Shown here one piece after another: positions 9,292 through 17,859 of a stretch of DNA of 64,000 nucleotides (position 1 is the stretch's first letter; each line of letters opens with the position of its first letter). The notes beneath the pieces are model-generated. The model saw only the letters and a program-made list of their open reading frames with translations. It made no database searches and was not told where the DNA came from. Source of the DNA: an uncultured delta proteobacterium. GTDB lineage: Bacteria > Myxococcota > Myxococcia > Myxococcales > Anaeromyxobacteraceae. The DNA is taken from assembly GCA_963845515.1 (NCBI GenBank), contig CAWJSR010000028.1, positions 64,001 to 128,000 on the forward strand, written 5' to 3'. A program made the position numbers and the translations under genes.

Positions 9292-11631
9292 CCATCCCCG
9301 ACCGCGAGGTCGGGGCTCCGTTGAAGCACCCTTGAGCTTCGTCCCGTCGAGCGGCACGGACCGCCATCCCCGACCGCGAGGTCGGGGCTCCGTTGAAGCA
9401 GAGCTCGACTGCGAGGACGCGCGTCTCGACGCCCATCCCCGACCGCGAGGTCGGGGCTCCGTTGAAGCGAGAACGACACGAGCTGGCGTGGTCGACGGGA
9501 TGCCGCCATCCCCGACCGCGAGGTCGGGGCTCCGTTGAAGCGACGCCGAAGGAGGTCGAGGATCTGATCGCGAAGCTGGCCATCCCCGACCGCGAGGTCG
9601 GGGCTCCGTTGAAGCCGGCGCAGCGACCACCGACGCTCCCACCGTCAACGTCCATCCCCGACCGCGAGGTCGGGGCTCCGTTGAAGCGTCAGTCCGTGCG
9701 ACTCGCCGGCCGTGTACGCGGCCCATCCCCGACCGCGAGGTCGGGGCTCCGTTGAAGCAGCGCCTGGCCGTTCCCGACGGCGAGCGCGGCCGGACCCATC
9801 CCCGACCGCGAGGTCGGGGCTCCGTTGAAGCGTGAGCGACTGCTCCGAGACGTGGACGAGGGACGAGACCATCCCCGACCGCGAGGTCGGGGCTCCGTTG
9901 AAGCGACAGTACGGGTTCCCATCCGCATCGATCGTCGGTCCCATCCCCGACCGCGAGGTCGGGGCTCCGTTGAAGCACCGTCAACGCGACCACCTACGGA
10001 TGGCAGGAGGCATCAACCATCCCCGACCGCGAGGTCGGGGCTCCGTTGAAGCCGCGCGGGACAAGCATCTCCCAGTCCCACACGCTGCCATCCCCGACCG
10101 CGAGGTCGGGGCTCCGTTGAAGCGCGAGACGGCGAGGCCGTCAACACGGCCAAGGTGACCCCATCCCCGACCGCGAGGTCGGGGCTCCGTTGAAGCGCGC
10201 TCCGCGATGATCATCGGGTGCGCGAACTCACCCATCCCCGACCGCGAGGTCGGGGCTCCGTTGAAGCGCCAACGGGACGGTGATCGTCCGGCGTCCTGTC
10301 GGCCCATCCCCGACCGCGAGGTCGGGGCTCCGTTGAAGCTCGATCGCGCTCGAGCTCGAGCTCGCTCCGATGACCCATCCCCGACCGCGAGGTCGGGGCT
10401 CCGTTGAAGCCGGCGGGCCGAGCATCGGACCGATGCAGGTCTGCCCATCCCCGACCGCGAGGTCGGGGCTCCGTTGAAGCGACGTGACCAGCGCGGACCG
10501 AGCGCGGCGGTGTCGTCGTCCATCCCCGACCGCGAGGTCGGGGCTCCGTTGAAGCGACGTACAGCCGGACCAGCGCGGCGGTGTCGTCGTCCATCCCCGA
10601 CCGCGAGGTCGGGGCTCCGTTGAAGCAGCCGATCGGCCATCTGCGCGATCGTGTCCGTCAGCCCATCCCCGACCGCGAGGTCGGGGCTCCGTTGAAGCCG
10701 CGCCACCTCGGACGAGCGTCCGCTCGGCGCGCCTTGCCATCCCCGACCGCGAGGTCGGGGCTCCGTTGAAGCAGGACGCGCCGGAGCTCACGCGCCGGAC
10801 GCTCAGCCCATCCCCGACCGCGAGGTCGGGGCTCCGTTGAAGCGCAACGGACAGCGATCAGGTCGCAGCACGATCGTCGACCCCATCCCCGACCGCGAGG
10901 TCGGGGCTCCGTTGAAGCCATCGACGCGGCACTAGAGCGATCGGAACGCGATGATGCGCCATCCCCGACCGCGAGGTCGGGGCTCCGTTGAAGCAGGTAC
11001 GTCGCGCCGTCTGCCGCCCCTGCGGCGTACCATCCCCGACCGCGAGGTCGGGGCTCCGTTGAAGCTGGCTCGACGGCGAGACGGTGTCTTACAACGGCGG
11101 GTCCCATCCCCGACCGCGAGGTCGGGGCTCCGTTGAAGCAGTCATCGGAGAGCGGGAGCGAACTCCGCAGCGCCCCCATCCCCGACCGCGAGGTCGGGGC
11201 TCCGTTGAAGCGAGGCGGGCGAGGGCGCGGGATAGTCGATCCCGTCCCATCCCCGACCGCGAGGTCGGGGCTCCGTTGAAGCACCAGGGTCCGGCTCTGG
11301 GTCCAGAGGATGAGCGCCATCCCCGACCGCGAGGTCGGGGCTCCGTTGAAGCATCGGCATCGAGAAGGACCCCGACAAGGCCCGCGCCCCATCCCCGACC
11401 GCGAGGTCGGGGCTCCGTTGAAGCGCGAACTCGCCGCGGAGGTAGGCGCGCACGTTCGCCCCATCCCCGACCGCGAGGTCGGGGCTCCGTTGAAGCGATC
11501 CCGCGCTCTACGCCGTGGGGGACGTCATCGACCATCCCCGGCCGCGAGGTCGGGGCTCCGTTGAAGCCAGCGCTCTACCTCTGGTCGCTCGGCGCACATC
11601 AGGCCCATCCCCGACCGCGAGGTCGGGGCTC
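9292..11631 (+). CRISPR. Type I-G CRISPR array: 33 repeats, 32 spacers of 33-40 nt
   Basis: Repeat CCATCCCCGACCGCGAGGTCGGGGCTCCGTTGAAGC (36 nt; stem CCCCGACC/GGTCGGGG, loop GCGA, 3' GTTGAAGC handle). Repeat 32 (11532-11567) has A10G. Repeat 33 (11605-11631) stops after 27 nt. Confidence 0.99.
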
Positions 11632-11635
11632 AGAT

Positions 11636-12499
11636 TCACGCGCTCTTCGAAGCATCCTCGAGCAGTCCGCCCACCCACTCGATCGCCTCCGGGTACTCGT
11701 TCACGTCCAGCACGAACTCCTGGCCGCGTCCTACCGTTTGGAGAAGCACTCGATCGCCTTGCCTGGTCCATCGACTTCGATCCGCATGGTACGTGAGCGG
11801 CTTTCGGTCTCGCGGCTCGAACCACGCAGGAAGCGCCCAGCGGGACAGCTTCTCCTCCGGGTTCGCGGTGAGCTGCAGCTCGGGCCGGAAGCGCCCGAAG
11901 AAGCCCGCTCCGGGGATTCCCGAGGGCGAGCTTGCGGGCAGCACCAGCCGATCCGAGGCGACGTAGAGCCAGTTGGGATTCTTGCGCGACTTGGAGACGT
12001 GCGGGTGCGACGTGGCCCACCGCCAACTAGAGGAATCCAGCGCGGGGAGGATCTCAGAGCGAACTTCGGCGGCCTCGCCGACCTGCAACCACCCCCAGAT
12101 TGCGTGAAAGGGCGAGCCGAGCCGCGTCAGATCGTTGGCGACCCGCTGGAACAGGCCCCAGAACAGGAAGAGGTCTCCAGTGGAGACGCCCTGCCGCAGG
12201 AGGTGCGCCTGTGACGCTCCCTCCTGCCCCAAGGCCGGGCGCCAGCCAGCATCGCGAGGCATCAGGTCGAAGCGAACATCCGGGTCGAGGTGAGCGCAGA
12301 AGTTGGACTTCTGCTTGCCGCCGGTGAGCGTCTCCACCAACTCTCCGAGATTGCGATCGGCCCAGGCGAGTTGATCGTACCGGATCGTGGAACACGTGTC
12401 GGGGATGGGCAAGGCGATCATCGACCCGTCCGCCAGAACCGGGCTCGGGCAGCCGCCCGAAGCGGAGTCGAAGCCCTTCCTGCTGAGGATCAGCCGCAT
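11636..12499 (-). CDS. Nucleotide modification associated domain 3 (Nmad3)-like protein
   Basis: MRLILSRKGFDSASGGCPSP...LPIP, HLDPD, LGQ.GASQAHL, GDLFLFWGLF, HAIWGWLQ, GRGQEFV, as I recall for the Nmad3 family. Alternative start at 12508. Confidence 0.75.
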   Translation of the reverse strand: MRLILSRKGFDSASGGCPSPVLADGSMIALPIPDTCSTIRYDQLAWADRNLGELVETLTGGKQKSNFCAHLDPDVRFDLMPRDAGWRPALGQEGASQAHLLRQGVSTGDLFLFWGLFQRVANDLTRLGSPFHAIWGWLQVGEAAEVRSEILPALDSSSWRWATSHPHVSKSRKNPNWLYVASDRLVLPASSPSGIPGAGFFGRFRPELQLTANPEEKLSRWALPAWFEPRDRKPLTYHADRSRWTRQGDRVLLQTVGRGQEFVLDVNEYPEAIEWVGGLLEDASKSA

Positions 12500-12559
12500 C
12501 TGGATCATAAGGTACGTCGTCCCACGAGACTCGGGTTGGAAATCCTATCCGCCGTACGT

Positions 12560-12578
12560 CCATCCCCGACCGCGAGGT
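12560..12578 (+). repeat. Orphan partial CRISPR repeat
   Basis: CCATCCCCGACCGCGAGGT matches repeat nt 1-19 exactly, followed by TA then CGG (degenerate 3' arm). Confidence 0.9.
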
Positions 12579-12593
12579 TACGGTCCAGCACAC

Positions 12594-12824
12594 ATGTCGC
12601 TCACGAACATTGTTGCCGAGAACCTCCGCGCCTTGCGAGCGCATCAGAAACTTTCGCAGCAGGCGCTCGCGAAGAAGGCTCGGGTCTCCGGTAGCTACGT
12701 CTCGATGCTGGAGAACGGCAAGCGCACGCCGCTGCTGGAGACGCTGGAAGCCCTCGCGAAGGCGCTAGACGTATCACCTGCTTCAGAGCTCTCGGCCGAG
12801 AAGCCTCGGTCCCGCAAGCGTTAG
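12594..12824 (+). CDS. XRE-family HTH transcriptional regulator
   Basis: NLRALRAHQKLSQQALAKKARVSGSYVSMLENGKRTPLLETLEALAKALDV is a classic HTH_3 pattern. Confidence 0.88.
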   Translation: MSLTNIVAENLRALRAHQKLSQQALAKKARVSGSYVSMLENGKRTPLLETLEALAKALDVSPASELSAEKPRSRKR

Positions 12825-12913
12825 CGCGTTAGCGCGCGGTCCCGCGCCACCCGTGCCGTGGTGTTGCGGCCGCGCGCCGTTCACGTCATCTATGAGGCGG
12901 TGGGAGGCGCCGA

Positions 12914-14283
12914 TGGATCGACCCGACGTCAGCGAGGTGGTCGCGCGCCAGCGCGCCTTCTTCCGCACCGGCCGGACCCGCGACCTGGCGTTCAGGCGGG
13001 AGCAGCTCCGGGCCCTGCGCGCCATCGTCGTGGACGCCGAGCCGTCGATCTTCGAGGCGCTGCGTGCCGATCTAGGCAAGCCCCCGTTCGAGTCCTACGG
13101 CGGGGAGACCGCCATCGTCCGCAACGAGGTCGACCACGCGCTGCGCCACCTCTCGTCGTGGGCGCGGCCGCGGCGCGTGCCCACGCTCCTCGCCCACCTG
13201 CCAGGCCGGAGCGAGGTCTGGCACGAGCCGCACGGCGTCGTGCTCGTGATGAGCCCGTGGAACTACCCGGTGCAGCTCTCGCTCGGGCCGCTCGTCGGGG
13301 CGCTCGCCGCCGGGAACTGCGCCATCCTGAAGCCCTCCCCGATGGCGCCCGCGACGTCGCGGCGCCTCGCCGAGCTCGTCGCGCGGAGCTTCGATCCAGG
13401 CGCCGTGACCGTCGTCGAGGGGGGGATCGAGCCGGCCGAGCGGCTGCTGGCGGAGCGGCTCGACTACATCTTCTTCACGGGCGGCGCGAAGGTGGGGCGC
13501 AGGATCATGGAGGCCGCCGCGCGCAACCTCACGCCGCTGACCCTGGAGCTCGGAGGGAAGTGTCCGTGCATCGTGGACGCCGACGTGGATCTCGACGTGG
13601 CGGCGCGCCGGATCGCCTGGGGCAAGTTCTTCAACGCGGGGCAGAGCTGCGTCGGGGTCGACTACCTCCTCGTGGACCGGCGGATCCGCGCCGCGCTGGT
13701 GGAGCGGCTCGCGGCGACGGTCCGGGAGTTCTACGGCGAGGACCCGGCCCGGAGCCCCGACCTCGCGCGGATCGTCGACGATCGCAACGTCGAGCGGCTG
13801 GCCGGCCTCCTCGCGAGCGGCCGGATCGCCGTCGGCGGGGGCGTGGACCGGGCGACGCGCTACGTCGCCCCGACGATCCTCGACGGCGTGCAGCCCGGCG
13901 ACCCGATCATGGAGGAGGAGATCTTCGGGCCGATCCTCCCGGTGCTCGAGTACGGAGAGCTCGCCGAGGCGATCGCCTTCGTCAACGATCGGCCGCCGCC
14001 CCTCGCGCTCTACTTCTTCTCACGCGACGGACGGCTCCAGGAGCGCGTGCTGCGCGAGACGAGCGCAGCGGGCTGCGTCAACGACGTCATGCTCCAGGAG
14101 ACGACCGTCCACCTCCCGTTCGGCGGCTCCGGCGAGAGCGGGATGGGCGGCTACCACGGCAAGGCGTCGTTCGAGGCCTTCAGCAGGCGGCGGGGCGTGC
14201 TGAAGAAGGGCTTCGCCTTCGACGTGAAGGTCCGTTACCCGCCGTACGCGGGGAAGCTCGGCTGGTTCCGCAGGATCTTCTAG
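12914..14283 (+). CDS. Aldehyde dehydrogenase (ALDH3-like)
   Basis: SPWNYP, FTGG, LELGGK, NAGQSC, EEIFGP, PFGGSGESGMG; GGAGG RBS before ATG. Confidence 0.93.
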
Positions 14284-14287
14284 CGCC

Positions 14288-15778
14288 TCAGCTCTGCGAG
14301 GGCGTGCCGGCGGCGCCGGCGACCGGCTCCTGCGCCGGGAGGCGCACATGGAAGGTCGTCCCCTCGCCCACGGCGCTCTCGACCTCGATCTCGCCGCCGT
14401 GAGCGGCGACGATCCCGTGGCAGACCCAGAGCCCGAGCCCCGTCCCCTGGCCGACGGCCTTGGTCGTGAAGAAGGGCTCGAAGAGGTGGGGGCGCGCGTC
14501 GGGGGGGATCCCGCACCCGTTGTCACTGACGGAGATCGCGACGCGCGTCCCCTGCTCCGCTCGCAGCCGCACCCGGATCTCGTTGCGCCCCGCGACGTCG
14601 TCGGGCATCGCGTGGGCTGCGTTCACCAGCAGGTTGACGAGCACCTGCCCGAGCCGCGTCTCGCTGCCGAAGACCGGCGGCACCCTCTGCGTGTCCACGA
14701 CGAGCCGCGCCCGCGGCCGGAGCTCGGCCCGGGTGAGCTGGGTCGCGAAGTCGACCACGCGCCGCAGGTCGACCGGCGCGAGCGTGTCCGAGGCGGTCTC
14801 GTCGCGGGAGGCGGACCGCAGGTCGCTCACGATCACGCGCATCCGGTGGGCGCCCTGCACGACGTCGCCGAGCGCGCGGATCACCTCCTCCAGGGCGGCC
14901 ACGCCGCCGCCCAGCCGGAGCCGACTGATCGCCCACTCCGAGTTGGCGAGGATGAAGGAGAGCGGGTTGTTCAGCTCGTGGGCCACGCCGGCCGCGAGCG
15001 TCCCGAGCGAGGCGAGCCGGTCGGAGCGCTGCAACCGATCCTCGGCCCTGCGCAGCTCGGTGACGTCCACCAGCGCCCCTGCGAGCCCGACGACCTCCCC
15101 GGATCTGTCGCGGAAGGCGGCCTTGTGGAACATGACCGTCCGGCGGTCACCCTTGGCGTTCTTCAGCTCCCCCTCGTAGAACTGGGTGCCGCCCGACTCG
15201 AACAGCGCACGATCAGCGCTGCGGTAGGCCGCAGCCAGGTCCTTCGGCCCAGCCGCCTCGACTGGGTGCCCGATGAGCTCGTCGCGCCTCTTCCCTAGCG
15301 CCTGCTCGAACGCGAGGTTGCAGCCGCGGTAGATGCCATCGGTCGTCTTGAACCAGATCGGGGTCGGGATCGCGTCGATGACCGTCTGCAGGAGGCCCGA
15401 TCCGTAGGGGTCGTGCTGGCCCAGCTCGGCGCGGTCGACGCCGCACGAGTCGACGAAGACGGCGCCCCTCCCCGCGCTCGCCGGGAGTGGTGAGGCGGCA
15501 AGGCGTGCTCGGCGCGGCGAGCCGTCGCGCGCGACGATGGGGAGGTCGAGCGGCGTGCTGGTGGACTCGGCGGTGCCCAGCGCAGCCCGCTCCAGCAGGG
15601 CGCGCGTGGCCGGGCTGGCGAACGGGGTCGAGCGCCCCAGGACCTCGGCGGCCGGCCACCCGAAGGCCCGCTCCGCCGCGGCGTTCCACGCGATCACCAG
15701 GCCGTCGGAGCCGAGCGCGAAGGCGGGGAGTGGGAGCGAGTCGAAGAGGGCAGCAGGCAGCGAAGCGGTCGGTGGCAG
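14288..15778 (-). CDS. Two-PAS sensor histidine kinase
   Basis: AGVAHELNNPL H-box, NLLVNAAHA, DNGCGI, FFTTK, GTGLGL. The PAS continues in frame upstream of GTG 15697 to a candidate CTG start. Confidence 0.88.
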   Translation of the reverse strand: MPPTASLPAALFDSLPLPAFALGSDGLVIAWNAAAERAFGWPAAEVLGRSTPFASPATRALLERAALGTAESTSTPLDLPIVARDGSPRRARLAASPLPASAGRGAVFVDSCGVDRAELGQHDPYGSGLLQTVIDAIPTPIWFKTTDGIYRGCNLAFEQALGKRRDELIGHPVEAAGPKDLAAAYRSADRALFESGGTQFYEGELKNAKGDRRTVMFHKAAFRDRSGEVVGLAGALVDVTELRRAEDRLQRSDRLASLGTLAAGVAHELNNPLSFILANSEWAISRLRLGGGVAALEEVIRALGDVVQGAHRMRVIVSDLRSASRDETASDTLAPVDLRRVVDFATQLTRAELRPRARLVVDTQRVPPVFGSETRLGQVLVNLLVNAAHAMPDDVAGRNEIRVRLRAEQGTRVAISVSDNGCGIPPDARPHLFEPFFTTKAVGQGTGLGLWVCHGIVAAHGGEIEVESAVGEGTTFHVRLPAQEPVAGAAGTPSQS

Positions 15779-15898
15779 GCGGTTCTCCGGCCCCCCTCAG
15801 GGCTCGGCGTACAAGCGGCGTCTATTAGCGTCCGCGGTCACCTTACCGCATGCCCCGTCGGAGTCTGTAGCGGTCGCCGCACACGTCAAAGGGCGCTT

Positions 15899-16126
15899 TC
15901 ACCGGCGCCGCGCGGGCACCAGGATCACCGCGAGCGCCACGGCGCCCGCCACGACCAGCAGCTCCTGCCACCCGAGCCGCCGGCTCAGGCCGAGCAGTCC
16001 GGCCAGCACGCCGGCGCCGAGGAGCGCGACCCGGTGGCGCCGCCAGAGCCCGGACCTCACGATCGACCCGACCATGACGGCGGCCAGCGCCGCGAGCGCG
16101 AGGACGAGGAGCTGGGTGCGGGTCAC
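15899..16126 (-). CDS. Small membrane protein
   Basis: 75 aa with three hydrophobic segments and a basic tail. Confidence 0.55.
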   Translation of the reverse strand: MTRTQLLVLALAALAAVMVGSIVRSGLWRRHRVALLGAGVLAGLLGLSRRLGWQELLVVAGAVALAVILVPARRR

Positions 16127-16241
16127 GGCGGCCGCGATGAGAGCACGCGGTGGAGACGGAGTCCACGCGCGCGGGACCAGCGGACGACTCGCGGTCTTCC
16201 GGGTTATGGACCGCATCAACCGTACTGGCCATCATGTGACC

Positions 16242-16493
16242 ATGAAGAACGTCGGCATCGCCGAGCTGAAGGCGCGCCTCTCGGCCCACCTCAAGTCCGT
16301 GCAGAAGGGCCATCCGATCACCGTCGTGGACCGAGGGCGGGCCGTCGCGCAGCTCATCCCCATGCCGGTGGAGGGAGACATCTCGGTGCGCAAGCCGCTC
16401 CGCGGGCTGCACTCCATGCGGCTTCCGCCCCCGGTGGCGCAGCCAGTCGACTCCCTCGCGGCGCTGCTCGAAGAGAGGCAGGGGGCGCGGTGA
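16242..16493 (+). CDS. Phd/YefM family antitoxin
   Basis: MKNVGIAELKARLSAHLKSVQKGHPITVVDRGRAVAQLIP. Confidence 0.9.
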   Translation: MKNVGIAELKARLSAHLKSVQKGHPITVVDRGRAVAQLIPMPVEGDISVRKPLRGLHSMRLPPPVAQPVDSLAALLEERQGAR

Positions 16494-16543
16494 AGGCGCT
16501 CGCTCAAGCGGCGCGGTCGGTGGGGTTCAGCGTGGTTGGTTGA
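16490..16543 (+). pseudogene. Internally deleted PIN/VapC toxin remnant
   Basis: GTGA-coupled 17-codon ORF MKALAQAARSVGFSVVG*, resembling VapC C-termini (LA.AAR..GF.V.G). Confidence 0.6.
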
Positions 16544-16560
16544 CCGCCTCCGCGGCAGCG

Positions 16561-17859
16561 CTACACACCCCTGCCGAGCGCACGCAGGAGGCGCGCGCGC
16601 GACTGCGCGAGCTGGTACTCGGACTGGACGAGCTGTCCCTCGGCGTTGGTCAGGGCGAGCAGCGCATCCGAGAGCTCCAGCGAGCTGCCGGCGCCGGAGG
16701 CGTACCGCGCCTCGGCGAGCCGGTTCCGCTCGCGCGCCGCCTCGACCGCCTCGCGGTTGGCCTCCAGGAGCGCCTGCGCCGCCCGGACGTCGAGCCTCGC
16801 GGAGTCCACGTCGGCGCGGACCTCCTGCGCGAGCAGGTCGCGCTGCGCCCGCTGGGCCTCGACGAGGGCCCGCGCCTCCGACACCTGGGCGCGCGTCAGC
16901 CCGCCCTGGAAGAACGACCAGCTGAGCGTCCCGCCGAACCAGGCGTTCCAGGTCGGGTCGCTGCCGGTGGGGCCGCCCTCGCTGGCGCCCGCCGACAGGC
17001 CGAGCTTCGGGAAGTAGCCGCCATGCGAGGCGGAGAGGGAGCGCTCGGCGGCGAGGAGCCGCTCGTCCATGGCCGCGACGTCCGGGCGCGCCGCCAGCGC
17101 CTCCGCGAGCAGCGCGTCGAGCGGCCGGTCCTCGCCGTCCACCGCGGGGAAGGGGTCGCCGGTGACCTCGTAGTCGATCGTCCCCTGGATCCCCATCGCC
17201 TTGTTGAGCCGGACGCGCGCCGTCGCGTAGCCGTTCTCCGCGCTCACGAGCTGGGCCTTCGCGTTGGCCTGGTCGGTCCGGGCCTGGGCGAGGTCGATGG
17301 GCGGCCGGAGCCCCTGCTGCACGAAGGCCTCCACCTTCCGGAAGTGACCCACCTGATTCTCGAGCGTGGCGCGGGCCACGCCGACGAGCTCCTTCGACGC
17401 CCGCGCCTGGAAGAAGGCCGCGCGCGCGGCGAGGACCGCGTCGAGCTCGGCGGCGCGCGAGGTTCCCCCCTCCGCGCGCGCGTTCGCGCGGGCCGCGCCG
17501 TAGCGCGCGAAGGCCGGCAGGTCGATCACCGTCTGCGTGGCGGTCGCCGAGTACGAGAGCGAGTTGCCCATGTCCCAGCTCTGGGTCGGGGTGGTGAAGG
17601 AAGGGTTGCTGGTGGAGCGCTCCAGCCCAGCCGACGCCGAGAGCTGAGGCAGGAGCGGCGCGAGCGACTGGTACGCCCGCGCGGTGGCCGCGTCGGCGCT
17701 CGCGCGCGCTGCGCGGAGCGACGGGGCGTTCTCCCTCGCGAGCCTGACGGCGTCGTCGAGGGTTACCACCGGGGCGGGCTCGGTGGCCGGTGCCGGGGCT
17801 GGTGCTGGTGCTGGTGCTGGTGCGGCGGCGAGGAGGAGGAGCAGGACGGTGGCGGTCAT
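16561..17859 (-). CDS. TolC family outer membrane efflux protein
   Basis: Signal peptide and Pro-Ala linker, then TLDDAVRLA, LLPQLS, RPDV, YFPKL, ARYASG...ELSDA. Confidence 0.9.
   Translation of the reverse strand: MTATVLLLLLAAAPAPAPAPAPAPATEPAPVVTLDDAVRLARENAPSLRAARASADAATARAYQSLAPLLPQLSASAGLERSTSNPSFTTPTQSWDMGNSLSYSATATQTVIDLPAFARYGAARANARAEGGTSRAAELDAVLAARAAFFQARASKELVGVARATLENQVGHFRKVEAFVQQGLRPPIDLAQARTDQANAKAQLVSAENGYATARVRLNKAMGIQGTIDYEVTGDPFPAVDGEDRPLDALLAEALAARPDVAAMDERLLAAERSLSASHGGYFPKLGLSAGASEGGPTGSDPTWNAWFGGTLSWSFFQGGLTRAQVSEARALVEAQRAQRDLLAQEVRADVDSARLDVRAAQALLEANREAVEAARERNRLAEARYASGAGSSLELSDALLALTNAEGQLVQSEYQLAQSRARLLRALGRGV
17798..17821. repeat. (GCTGGT)x4 tandem repeat coding the TolC Ala-Pro linker
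   Basis: Perfect 6-bp tandem repeat. Confidence 0.8.

Noticed and set aside
9641..9986. ACCGTCAACG shared by spacers 5 and 10
   Set aside because: Only 10 nt and the next base differs, so these are not overlapping protospacers.
10340..10374. Spacer 15 similarity to cheA (GAGCTCGAGCTCGC near 35393)
   Set aside because: About 14-15 nt of low-complexity GC-rich match is not credible self-targeting. No full spacer match was seen in the window by eye.
11532..11567. A10G variant in repeat 32
   Set aside because: Ordinary trailer-end drift; a G-U pair preserves the stem.
8791..12214. Many ORFs with repeated peptides (STEPRPRGRG, IPDREVGAPLK) across the array
   Set aside because: They are translations of the CRISPR repeat, not genes.
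12512..12545. Possible extra degenerate repeat (GTCCCACGAGACTCGGGTTGGAAAT) forming a mini-array with the orphan repeat
   Set aside because: Identity to the repeat is too low to support.
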